DNA of 64,000 nt from Candidatus Micrarchaeota archaeon. Its GTDB lineage: Archaea > Micrarchaeota > Micrarchaeia > Norongarragalinales > SBBD01. This document shows, one piece after another, positions 55,958-64,000 of the stretch (positions are counted from its first letter, which is position 1; each line of letters starts with the position of its first letter). The translations under genes were made by a program, and so were the position numbers. The stretch is from contig JAHJQN010000004.1 in NCBI GenBank assembly GCA_018819225.1, positions 160,001-224,000 of the forward strand. Direction: 5' to 3'. The notes beneath the pieces were generated by a model. That model was not told the origin of the DNA. It saw nothing but the letters and a program-made list of their open reading frames with translations, and ran no database searches.

Positions 55958-56020
55958 TAGATGATGAGATTGCCCCAGACGGAGCCGAAAGGCTGTGACG
56001 AACGAGGTAGCTACTGATAA
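55958..56020 (+). ncRNA. Candidate C/D-box guide sRNA
   Basis: C ATGATGA 55961-55967; 12-nt guide; D' CGGA; GCC-GAAA-GGC hairpin; C' GTGACGA; 12-nt guide; D CTGA 56014-56017; TATA-like CTTAATA ~30 nt upstream. Confidence 0.7.
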
Positions 56021-56042
56021 ATTCAATTAAAGTGATACCCGC

Positions 56043-56408
56043 ATGACCGTAGTGGAATACACGGATCCCAGAAGGCTGAAATCGCGGATTATGGAAATGA
56101 GGCCCATACTCGTGCATTTTGCGAACGAAGGAAGAATAAGGGGAGAAACCCATGCGACGGTATTCGAGCAGGTACCCCGGGGACTGCCGGTACGCCACGT
56201 GGATGTGGCACGCATACTAATAAAAGATCGACTGGGTGGATTAAAGTCAGCTGATCATTCCGATTTGGTTATGGGTCACCAGATACGCGAATTGCCTACG
56301 GTCGCGCTATTTCATATGGGAAAACTGATTGCGCAAACGTCCGAGCCCATCGACCGCACTCATTTTCCGACTTGGTTGAAACAGGCCTTGGAAAAAATTG
56401 GAAAATAG
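56043..56408 (+). CDS. Thioredoxin-fold protein lacking CxxC
   Basis: PILVHF, VDV, IRELPTVALFHMGK; no Cys. Confidence 0.65.
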   Translation: MTVVEYTDPRRLKSRIMEMRPILVHFANEGRIRGETHATVFEQVPRGLPVRHVDVARILIKDRLGGLKSADHSDLVMGHQIRELPTVALFHMGKLIAQTSEPIDRTHFPTWLKQALEKIGK

Positions 56409-56418
56409 GCGATCTGAA

Positions 56419-57081
56419 ATGAGAGCCATCGATATGCTGTCGGTTTCCCTCGTGATCATTGCATTTCTTTTAGCGATCGGTAGTTACGGAAATCTACCGG
56501 ATCGGGTGCCCACGCATTGGGACATTTCAGGCAAACCGGATAAGTACGATAGCCGGGAAATGGGGGCGTTTCTGATTCCAGGGATCATGGTCGTTCTGTT
56601 TGTTTTATGGGAATTCATTCCCCGAATCGCCGTGTTTAAGAAAAATTTCAAGGCGCACATGAGTGAATACAAGCAGTTTCGAGCGGTATTCCTCTTGTTT
56701 TTCCTGCTTGTTTATGGCGCCATGCTCGCTCCGCATTACGGAATCTATTTTCACATGGGACAATCGATGCTAATAGGTATCGGCCTGCTCTTCCTGTATA
56801 TTGGACAGGTGTTACCGCGTTTCAAGCGCAATTTCTTCGTAGGCATTCGGACTCCGTGGGCCATTGCCAGTGACGAAGTCTGGAAGAAGACGCACATCCT
56901 GGGAGGTAAGGTGTTCAAAGTTCTGGGAGTCATCATGCTGTTGTCTCTCTTCCTTGACCAAAAGGATGCGTTCCTCGTTATGATGGCGTCCATATTGGTA
57001 GGGGTATTCGGATTATTCGTTTATTCGTATCTTGAATACCGAAAAATGCCTGCCAGCAAGCGAAACAACCGCTTTCAATAA
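56419..57081 (+). CDS. SdpI/DUF1648-family membrane protein
   Basis: LPDRVPTHW..SG.PD, NFFVGIRTPW, VWKKTH. Confidence 0.9.
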   Translation: MRAIDMLSVSLVIIAFLLAIGSYGNLPDRVPTHWDISGKPDKYDSREMGAFLIPGIMVVLFVLWEFIPRIAVFKKNFKAHMSEYKQFRAVFLLFFLLVYGAMLAPHYGIYFHMGQSMLIGIGLLFLYIGQVLPRFKRNFFVGIRTPWAIASDEVWKKTHILGGKVFKVLGVIMLLSLFLDQKDAFLVMMASILVGVFGLFVYSYLEYRKMPASKRNNRFQ

Positions 57082-57155
57082 TGAATGGCTGCGGAACGAA
57101 AAGACTTAAAATGGTTGTAATGCAATCATTATTGCACTGATAACGTTCAGCGCTA

Positions 57156-58100
57156 ATGGGTTTGGACATGTACGACGTGCTAATAGTAGGTGCTGGTGCG
57201 GCAGGGCTCACGTCCGCGTTGTATACGGCAAGGAAGAAACTCAAAACCCTTGTGATCAGTGCCGATGTGGGAGGACAGATGAATTTGACCTCGCATATCG
57301 AGAATTATCCGGGAGTGAGCACGTCAACCGGGCCGGGTTTGATGAAAAAGTTTCAGGACCAAGCCGTGAGGCACGGCGCCGAAATCGTGATCGGACACGT
57401 TAAAAAAGTCGAGAAGAATGAGAAGGGATTCAAGTCGTTGATGGCGAACGGACAGAGCATTGAAAGTAAAACGGTGATCCTCGCGTTCGGATTGGTGCCG
57501 CGAACGCTCGGTATCCCCGGAGAAGAGCAATTCATCGGAAAAGGCATTTCGACTTGCGTAACGTGCGACGGCCCCCTGTTCAAAAACAAGACCGTGGCCG
57601 TCGTCGGCGGCGGCAACTCGGCCATCGAAGGCGTTTTGGAATTGGCCGAGTATTGCGAAAAGGTTTATTCCATTCACAGGCGAGATAAATTTACGGCGGA
57701 CGCGCATACCATTGACAAGCTCAAGCATACCCGAAACGTGGAAATGATTATGCACAGTGCGCTCAAGGACGTGAGAGGCTCTCCATTCTTGAAAAGCACG
57801 ACGGTTATCGACGTGAATACGCACAAGACGCGAGACATCGACGTGAGCGGAATATTCCTGCAGATTGGTCACGTGGTGGATACGGCCCTTGTCAAAGGAA
57901 TCGTGGAACTGACGAATCGAAACGAGGTCGTCATCAACGACCGGAACGCCACATCCGTTCCCGGCATCTTCGCAGCTGGCGATTGCACGAATATCCCGTT
58001 TAAACAAACGGTGATTTCAGCCGGGGAAGGCGCGAAAGCCGGTTTGGAGGCACAGCGCTATTTGAAAGGAGGCAAAGGGGTCTCCATCGACTGGAGTTAA
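57156..58100 (+). CDS. trxB: Thioredoxin reductase
   Basis: GAGAAG, IENYPG, CVTCDG, GGGNSA, TSVPGIFAAGD. Confidence 0.93.
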   Translation: MGLDMYDVLIVGAGAAGLTSALYTARKKLKTLVISADVGGQMNLTSHIENYPGVSTSTGPGLMKKFQDQAVRHGAEIVIGHVKKVEKNEKGFKSLMANGQSIESKTVILAFGLVPRTLGIPGEEQFIGKGISTCVTCDGPLFKNKTVAVVGGGNSAIEGVLELAEYCEKVYSIHRRDKFTADAHTIDKLKHTRNVEMIMHSALKDVRGSPFLKSTTVIDVNTHKTRDIDVSGIFLQIGHVVDTALVKGIVELTNRNEVVINDRNATSVPGIFAAGDCTNIPFKQTVISAGEGAKAGLEAQRYLKGGKGVSIDWS

Positions 58101-58163
58101 GGGGCTCCGAGTCTCCGCGAACCCTTTTTAATTTGCTTCACGTCTACCCCCACGGGTCTCATC

Positions 58164-58838
58164 ATGAATTCCATCAACGAACGGTTAATGCAGGTGGAGA
58201 AACGAATCGCGGCCAGTTGCGCGAAAGCCGGGCGTGATTTCGGAGAGGTTCGCATTGTCGCCGTTAGCAAGGGAAGGACGTTCGACGACATGCGGGAAGC
58301 TTATGACAATGGAGTACGATTTTTCGGAGAAAATCGTCTTAAAGAAGCAGAAGAAAAGTGGCCGTTGATGCCGGCGGAAGCGGAATTGCACATGGTGGGA
58401 TCGCTGCAAAAAAATAAGGTCAAGAAGGCCGTGCAGATGTTCGAAACCATTCATTCACTGGATGACGAGGATCTGGCAAAGAAATTAAATCGGCACGCGG
58501 AAGACCAACAAAAACGCCTGAAAGTATTACTGCAAGTGAACATTTCGGGCGAAACCAGCAAACACGGTTTTTCCGTGAATGAAGCCTCACGGGCCGCGGA
58601 ACGAATCTTGGATTTCAAGAGCTTAGACTTACAAGGGCTCATGACTCTGGCGCCGTTCACGAAGAACGCGGAGGAGTCTCGCCCGGTCTTCAAAAACCTT
58701 CGCGAAATAAGGGACGGTATGGAAAAGGATATGGGATTGCGTCTGCCTGAATTATCTATGGGTATGAGTCAAGACTTTGAAGTCGCGATTGAGGAAGGGG
58801 CAACGTATATTCGTTTGGGCACCGCCATCTTCGGATAA
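58164..58838 (+). CDS. yggS: YggS/PLP-binding protein
   Basis: VAVSK, FGEN, LQKNK, LSMGMSQDF, RLGTAIFG. Confidence 0.95.
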   Translation: MNSINERLMQVEKRIAASCAKAGRDFGEVRIVAVSKGRTFDDMREAYDNGVRFFGENRLKEAEEKWPLMPAEAELHMVGSLQKNKVKKAVQMFETIHSLDDEDLAKKLNRHAEDQQKRLKVLLQVNISGETSKHGFSVNEASRAAERILDFKSLDLQGLMTLAPFTKNAEESRPVFKNLREIRDGMEKDMGLRLPELSMGMSQDFEVAIEEGATYIRLGTAIFG

Positions 58839-59249
58839 TTACAGCTTTTCCTTGATCTTATTGCGGTACGAATCCATCTCTCCTTCCTTATACAAGTTGC
58901 GCGGCCATTTGAGTTCAAGATCATCGCCCTTGAACCGCGGAATCACGTGAAGGTGGTTGTGGAAGATCAATTGGCCCGCGGATTCCCCGTTATTCTGAAG
59001 AATATTCACTCCGTCGCACTGAAGAGCGTCTTTCAATGCTTTCGCTATGCGCTGCGCCAATAACGCCATGCCAGCCAACTCCTCCTCGGAAAGATTCCAT
59101 ACGGATTCCGAATGTTTTTTGGGAGATATTAATACGTGGCCTTTGTTGGCCGGATACAAATCCAGAAAGGCCATGAAAAGAGAATCCTCGTACACTTTAG
59201 AGGAAGGCACTTCCCCCGAAGCCACTTTGCAAAAAAGACAATCCGCCAT
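58839..59249 (-). CDS. HIT-family hydrolase
   Basis: DCLFCK, AGQLIFHNHLHVIPR. Confidence 0.93.
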   Translation of the reverse strand: MADCLFCKVASGEVPSSKVYEDSLFMAFLDLYPANKGHVLISPKKHSESVWNLSEEELAGMALLAQRIAKALKDALQCDGVNILQNNGESAGQLIFHNHLHVIPRFKGDDLELKWPRNLYKEGEMDSYRNKIKEKL

Positions 59250-59303
59250 CGCATTCACCCCCTAATCCACTCATGACTTAAAGAGCGGCGAATCTTTTAT
59301 AAA

Positions 59304-59579
59304 CTAGGCGTTCTTCCAACAGCGAAACATGCCTCTGGCGACCGGCGTCAACGAGTAGCGTGAAGACAGGGGACGCTTACGGAGAATGTGGCGGTTGACC
59401 AAACCGCGTTTTTCAAGTTCGCGCAGGCGCGAGCTTAATACGCCTTGCGTAATACCCCGAAGCGCATGCTTTAATTCGTTAAATTGACTGGGATGGCGGT
59501 GTAAGTTCCGGATAATGCGTACGGTCCACCGTTTTTCCAGAACGTCAAAATTGAGCACAATAGGACAATCCGGATGCAT
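59304..59579 (-). CDS. HxlR-family transcriptional regulator
   Basis: CPI...DVLEKRW, FNEL, LSSRLRELEKRGLV, YSLT; divergent from suf. Confidence 0.88.
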   Translation of the reverse strand: MHPDCPIVLNFDVLEKRWTVRIIRNLHRHPSQFNELKHALRGITQGVLSSRLRELEKRGLVNRHILRKRPLSSRYSLTPVARGMFRCWKNA

Positions 59580-59627
59580 GTTATCGACCCGATGCGACCA
59601 TTTACCGAAAGGTATTAATAGGGTCAA

Positions 59628-59646
59628 AGGTATTAAAAACATACCT
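59628..59646. promoter_or_regulatory. Candidate operator AGGTAT-N7-ATACCT
   Basis: Inverted repeat in the hxlR/sufC gap; AAAGGTATTAA directly repeated at 59608 and 59626. Confidence 0.45.
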
Positions 59647-59684
59647 ATTGGCGACTCCTTTTTAATCCGTAGTGGGAGAGATTC

Positions 59685-60428
59685 ATGAGCGTTCTCGAAA
59701 TTAAGAACCTGCACGCAAGCGTGGACGGGAAGAAAATCCTTAACGGATTAACCCTTACGATACGCGCGGGAGAACGCCACGCGCTCATGGGTCCGAATGG
59801 ATCGGGAAAAAGCACGTTGAGTCACCTCATCATGGGACACCCGAAGTATGAAGTGACGAAGGGAGACATTCGGTTGAACGGAAAAAGCGTATTAGAATGG
59901 CCTCCGGATGTTCGTGCCCGAAACGGAATCTTCCTGGCATTTCAGTACCCGGAGGAGGTTCCCGGCGTATTGCTTCCGAGCTTTCTTAGAAATACGTATA
60001 CGGCGGTACACCCGAACGAAAAATTGCTTTCCGTTAAAGAATTCATGGATCGATTGCGAAAACAAATGAAGCTCATCCAAATGGATGAGAGCTTTATTGA
60101 CCGTTACCTCAACGAAGGATTCTCAGGCGGAGAGAAAAAAAGAAACGAGATTCTTCAAATGGCACTGATACAACCCCAAATCGCGATCCTCGACGAAACC
60201 GATTCGGGGTTGGATGTGGATGCCCTCAAAACCGTGGCTGAAAACGTGAAGCGAATAGCCCATGAGGATATCGGGCTGCTCATTATCACGCATTACCCCC
60301 GGATATTGAAATACATCCGGCCGGCATTCGTCCACCTAATGGTTAAGGGAAAAATCATCAAGTCGGGCGGACTCGATTTAGCCACGGAACTGGAAGAAAA
60401 AGGGTATGCGAAAACGCTTCGAGCGTGA
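59685..60428 (+). CDS. sufC: Fe-S assembly ATPase SufC
   Basis: GPNGSGKS, FLAFQYP, GFSGGEKKR, LDETDSGLD. Confidence 0.96.
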   Translation: MSVLEIKNLHASVDGKKILNGLTLTIRAGERHALMGPNGSGKSTLSHLIMGHPKYEVTKGDIRLNGKSVLEWPPDVRARNGIFLAFQYPEEVPGVLLPSFLRNTYTAVHPNEKLLSVKEFMDRLRKQMKLIQMDESFIDRYLNEGFSGGEKKRNEILQMALIQPQIAILDETDSGLDVDALKTVAENVKRIAHEDIGLLIITHYPRILKYIRPAFVHLMVKGKIIKSGGLDLATELEEKGYAKTLRA

Positions 60429-61891
60429 AGACCATGAAAACGCAAGGATATCGCGATTCATACACTAAAAAATACGGGTTCAAAACCCGGGCGAAAGTGG
60501 AGTACGAAACCGAAAAAGGATTATCGCCGTCCGTAGTCGGAACGATTTCCAAAACGAAAACGGAAGCCCATTGGCTCACTCGTTTTCGATTGAATGCATT
60601 GCAACATTTCGAGAAACGAACCCTGCCGCAATGGGGCGCTGATTTGTCAGAAATCGACTTCAATGATGTGGTATATTACTCGAAGGCCACGGAATCTCAA
60701 GCCAATCAATGGGAAGACGTGCCAGTCGAAATCAAGAACACATTCGAAAGACTCGGCATCCCCGAGGCGGAACGAAAATTCCTCGCCGGAGTCGGAGCCC
60801 AATTCGACAGTGAAAACGTGTATCATAGCCTACAACAAGCCCTTCACAAAAAAGGCGTCGTATTTGTGGATCCGGATACCGCGCTGAACCCGACTCCCGA
60901 ACGCCTGAAAACGCTGGGTTTGAAAGCCGGTGCCATGAAAAAAGCCTCCCAAAAATTCAGGGAGTGGTTTGGAAAAATCGTCCCGTTCCAAGACAATAAG
61001 TTCGCCGCACTAAATAGTGCCGTGTTTTCAGGCGGCAGCTTCATTTACATTCCACCGCACGTGGACGTCCAACTCCCACTTCAAGCCTATTTCCGAATCA
61101 ACCGCGAAGGCGTTGGTCAATTCGAAAGAACGTTAATCATTGCAGATGAAGGCAGCAAAGTCCATTACATTGAAGGATGCACCGCCCCCACGTATCAAGA
61201 CAAGAGCCGCTCATTGCACACAGCAGTCGTCGAACTGGTCGCGCTTCCAGGAGCCCAAGTCCGTTATACGACACTGCAAAACTGGTCGAACAACGTGTAC
61301 AATTTAGTCACGAAACGCGCATTCGCTTACGAAAATGCGGTGGTGGAATGGCTGGATTCCAATATCGGGAGCCGCGTGACCATGAAATACCCTAGCGTGC
61401 ACCTTAAAGGCGCTCACGCAAAAGCCGACATATTATCGGTTACCTACGCAGGCGAAAACCAATATCAAGACGCTGGAGGAAAAGTCCTTCATCTCGCTCC
61501 GTACACGTCATCCAAAATCGTTTCCAAATCCGTCAGTAAAGACGGCGGGCATTCGTCATACCGAGGATTGCTTCATGTCGCGAAAGGGGCCACGAACGCC
61601 ACCTCGTCCGTGCGCTGCGACGCCTTGTTATTAGACGAAAAATCGACCACCGACACCTACCCGTATAATATCATTCGCGACGAATCCGCCACCGTGTCTC
61701 ATGAAGCCAGCGTCGGAAAAATCAGCGAAGACACCGTCTATTACTTGATGAGTCGAGGCTTAAGTGAACCTCAAGCACTCAGTCTCGTCGTCAACGGATT
61801 TCTCGAGATATTCAGCAAGGAACTTCCCATGGAATACGCTGTTGAATTCAACCGCCTCATCCAACTCGAAATGGCGGGATCCGTAGGTTAA
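60425..61891 (+). CDS. sufB: Fe-S assembly protein SufB
   Basis: LGIPEAE, GQFERTLII, YIEGCTAP, HEASVGKI. Confidence 0.96.
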   Translation: MKTMKTQGYRDSYTKKYGFKTRAKVEYETEKGLSPSVVGTISKTKTEAHWLTRFRLNALQHFEKRTLPQWGADLSEIDFNDVVYYSKATESQANQWEDVPVEIKNTFERLGIPEAERKFLAGVGAQFDSENVYHSLQQALHKKGVVFVDPDTALNPTPERLKTLGLKAGAMKKASQKFREWFGKIVPFQDNKFAALNSAVFSGGSFIYIPPHVDVQLPLQAYFRINREGVGQFERTLIIADEGSKVHYIEGCTAPTYQDKSRSLHTAVVELVALPGAQVRYTTLQNWSNNVYNLVTKRAFAYENAVVEWLDSNIGSRVTMKYPSVHLKGAHAKADILSVTYAGENQYQDAGGKVLHLAPYTSSKIVSKSVSKDGGHSSYRGLLHVAKGATNATSSVRCDALLLDEKSTTDTYPYNIIRDESATVSHEASVGKISEDTVYYLMSRGLSEPQALSLVVNGFLEIFSKELPMEYAVEFNRLIQLEMAGSVG

Positions 61892-61895
61892 CGCA

Positions 61896-63212
61896 ATGAA
61901 GAATCTACCGATATCCGAACAACAGATACGGGCCATTTCAACCGGTAATAACGAACCCGCTTGGATGCGTCAACGACGGATCAGCGCATTCAAGAAATAT
62001 GACGAGCTGCCTCCCGAAACTTCCCCGCTTTTTAAAAAGAATTTAGACTTATCGGACATCCCGTGGAATCAATATCAGTTAAAACGAGCGGTACCTAATC
62101 CAACCAAACCGCTCATGCCGCAACCCGCGAACGCCATTATACTCGATTGGCCGACCGCGCTAAAAAAACACGAAAAGACCGTCCGGACGACGTTGAAAAC
62201 ATTATATTTGCACGAACCCGAGAATGCGTTCACGGCATTAAATGATGCGGTTTTTCAAAACGGCTACGTCGTCATCATACCCGATAACACGCAATTAGAG
62301 ACGCCCATTTACCTTCCTGCTTACGTTAAAGGAACGAATGGAATTCAAGGGGTTCAAAACCTGATTATCGCGGGGAAAAAAAGCCGTTCTACTTTGATAC
62401 AAGAAACCGTTAACCAACTTCCCATCGGTAAAGGCACGTGTTTTCTATCGATGACGCGAATAGTCGCTCAAGAAAACGCGCACGTCAACGAAGGAACCTT
62501 GAGCGCACTCAATTCGCAAACCGTATCCTTCACGCATAAAATGGCGGTGGCCGGACCCCGTGCCCAACTGGCGCTAGCCAACGGATTATTCGGAGGAAAA
62601 ACCAGCATGTCAAGAACCGAAATCATGTTGCTCGGCGAACGCTCGCACGTTCTGGATGCGGAACTTTCATTTAGCGACGGAAACCAGCGAACCAATAGCA
62701 CGGCAAATTTGCATTTTAAAGGATTCAATGCGACTGGAAAAATAGTGCATAAGAGTATTTTTACGGACCATGCTAAAGGCGTATTCAAGGGAATTATCTC
62801 CATTCCGGAAAAAGCATTCGGTTCCAGTGCGTATCTTTCCAGCCATTCCGTTCTATTAAGCCCATACGCTCAAGCGGATACCATCCCGGCCCTTGAAATT
62901 AAAAACAATAACGTGAAGGCAACCCACGCCGCATCCGTCGCACGATTGAATGATGAGACCTTATTTTACATCATGAGTCGCGGCATTCGATTGGAAGCCG
63001 CGAAAAAAATGGTCGTCCAAGGTTTCATGGAACCGGTGTTGCGCCAAATCCAAGTACCGGAAGTCCGGCAACACGTCCGGCAATTCATTGCACGAAAAAT
63101 GGATGGAGAAAGCATTGAAAATGCGAAACCGACCTGCGTTTCCTATCTGAAAGAAATTCCCGTTAACGCGCCTGCTCCTCCACAATTCGAACGCCACTAT
63201 AAATACCGGTAA
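61896..63212 (+). CDS. sufD: Fe-S assembly protein SufD
   Basis: EPAWM, IPALEI..NNVKATHAASV, FYIMSRGI. Confidence 0.9.
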   Translation: MKNLPISEQQIRAISTGNNEPAWMRQRRISAFKKYDELPPETSPLFKKNLDLSDIPWNQYQLKRAVPNPTKPLMPQPANAIILDWPTALKKHEKTVRTTLKTLYLHEPENAFTALNDAVFQNGYVVIIPDNTQLETPIYLPAYVKGTNGIQGVQNLIIAGKKSRSTLIQETVNQLPIGKGTCFLSMTRIVAQENAHVNEGTLSALNSQTVSFTHKMAVAGPRAQLALANGLFGGKTSMSRTEIMLLGERSHVLDAELSFSDGNQRTNSTANLHFKGFNATGKIVHKSIFTDHAKGVFKGIISIPEKAFGSSAYLSSHSVLLSPYAQADTIPALEIKNNNVKATHAASVARLNDETLFYIMSRGIRLEAAKKMVVQGFMEPVLRQIQVPEVRQHVRQFIARKMDGESIENAKPTCVSYLKEIPVNAPAPPQFERHYKYR

Positions 63213-63237
63213 CGAAACCGTATCGAAGGTTAATAAA

Positions 63238-64000
63238 ATGATCAACGCCGAACACGTACGAAATGATTTTCCCATTCTAAACAAGAAAAAACAAGGTCAG
63301 CGATTCGTCTATTTAGACTCCGCGGCCAGTTCTCAAAAACCAATGTCCGTCATCGAATCCATGTCAAACTATTACAAGGAAACGCATTCGAATGTGCATC
63401 GCGGACTCTATGATGCCAGCGTGGAAGCCACGCGACTCTATGAAGAAAGCCGGAAGAAACTGGCCCGTTTCGCGAATAGCCAACCGGAGGAAATGATTTT
63501 TACACGAAACGCCACGGAGTCCCTCAACCTCGTTGCCCGCTCGTTAGGCGATCAGCTCATCACCAAAGATGATTGCGTGCTCACCACGTACCTCGAACAC
63601 CATAGTAACCTCGTGCCTTGGCAACTCCTCGTTCAAAGAAAAAAAGCCCGGCTCGTCGCCGCCCGCATCACTCGTGAAGGCACTCTCGACATGGCCGATT
63701 TTGAAAAGAAATTGGACGAACAGCCCAAATTGGTCGCGATTACGCTTTGCTCGAATGTGACCGGAACGCTACCGGATATTAAAAAAATGGTCATGAAAGC
63801 CCACCAACAGGGAGCCGTAGTCGTTGTGGACGGAGCGCAAGGCGTTCCCCATATGGAAGTCGACGTGAAATCCATGGGAATGGACTTCATGGCCATAACG
63901 GGTCACAAAATGCTGGGCCCGACTGGAATCGGGGCCCTGTACGGAAAAAAAGAGTGGCTTGAAAACATGCCCCCCTTTCTAGGCGGAGGGGACATGATCA
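63238..64000 (+). CDS. sufS: Cysteine desulfurase SufS, 3'-partial
   Basis: Manual translation: RNDFPIL, YLDSAASSQKP, NVHRG, EHHSN, DGAQ, GHKMLGPTGIG; runs off the window. Confidence 0.93.
   Translation, partial: MINAEHVRNDFPILNKKKQGQRFVYLDSAASSQKPMSVIESMSNYYKETHSNVHRGLYDASVEATRLYEESRKKLARFANSQPEEMIFTRNATESLNLVARSLGDQLITKDDCVLTTYLEHHSNLVPWQLLVQRKKARLVAARITREGTLDMADFEKKLDEQPKLVAITLCSNVTGTLPDIKKMVMKAHQQGAVVVVDGAQGVPHMEVDVKSMGMDFMAITGHKMLGPTGIGALYGKKEWLENMPPFLGGGDMI

Overview
Archaeal chromosome segment, most likely from a DPANN-type lineage (Micrarchaeota/Iainarchaeota-like; inferred from archaeal ribosomal proteins S4e/L19e/L32e, Rnp1, A-type ATPase, BHB-intron tRNAs and compact gene spacing, not from a search). 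Left to right: (1) a PolB2 cassette (small helical protein, inactivated RadA-like protein, PolB2); (2) stress genes (Dps-like ferritin, methyltransferase) and a deletion scar; (3) a ~10 kb copper/metal island (CopA, CopZ, PadR-TRASH, CcdA, two DUF411 proteins, BlaI plus an M56-like peptidase with visible operators, several tiny Cys/His/Met-rich proteins, two proteins ending in LPxQVGGC); (4) a ~16 kb cluster of large surface proteins, including an RHS system split into a secreted YD-repeat shell and a membrane-tethered RHS core plus HExxH effector, and a divergent GH-A glycoside hydrolase; (5) an AT-rich islet at the 3' end of tRNA-Thr (2H/metallophosphoesterase fusion, HNH, PD-(D/E)xK, CBS-TM-CAP); (6) three intron-containing tRNAs (one with an extra intron at position 9/10), each associated with a small hairpin element plus a duplicated tRNA fragment; (7) housekeeping genes: atpD/tatD, atpAB, the spc-type ribosomal cluster, a C/D-box sRNA candidate, trxB, yggS, HIT, and sufCBDS running off the end. 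The best candidate for an undescribed system is the split, membrane-anchored RHS toxin. The VGGC/BlaI metal locus and the tRNA-associated hairpin elements come next. All calls come from motif recognition; no database searches were run.
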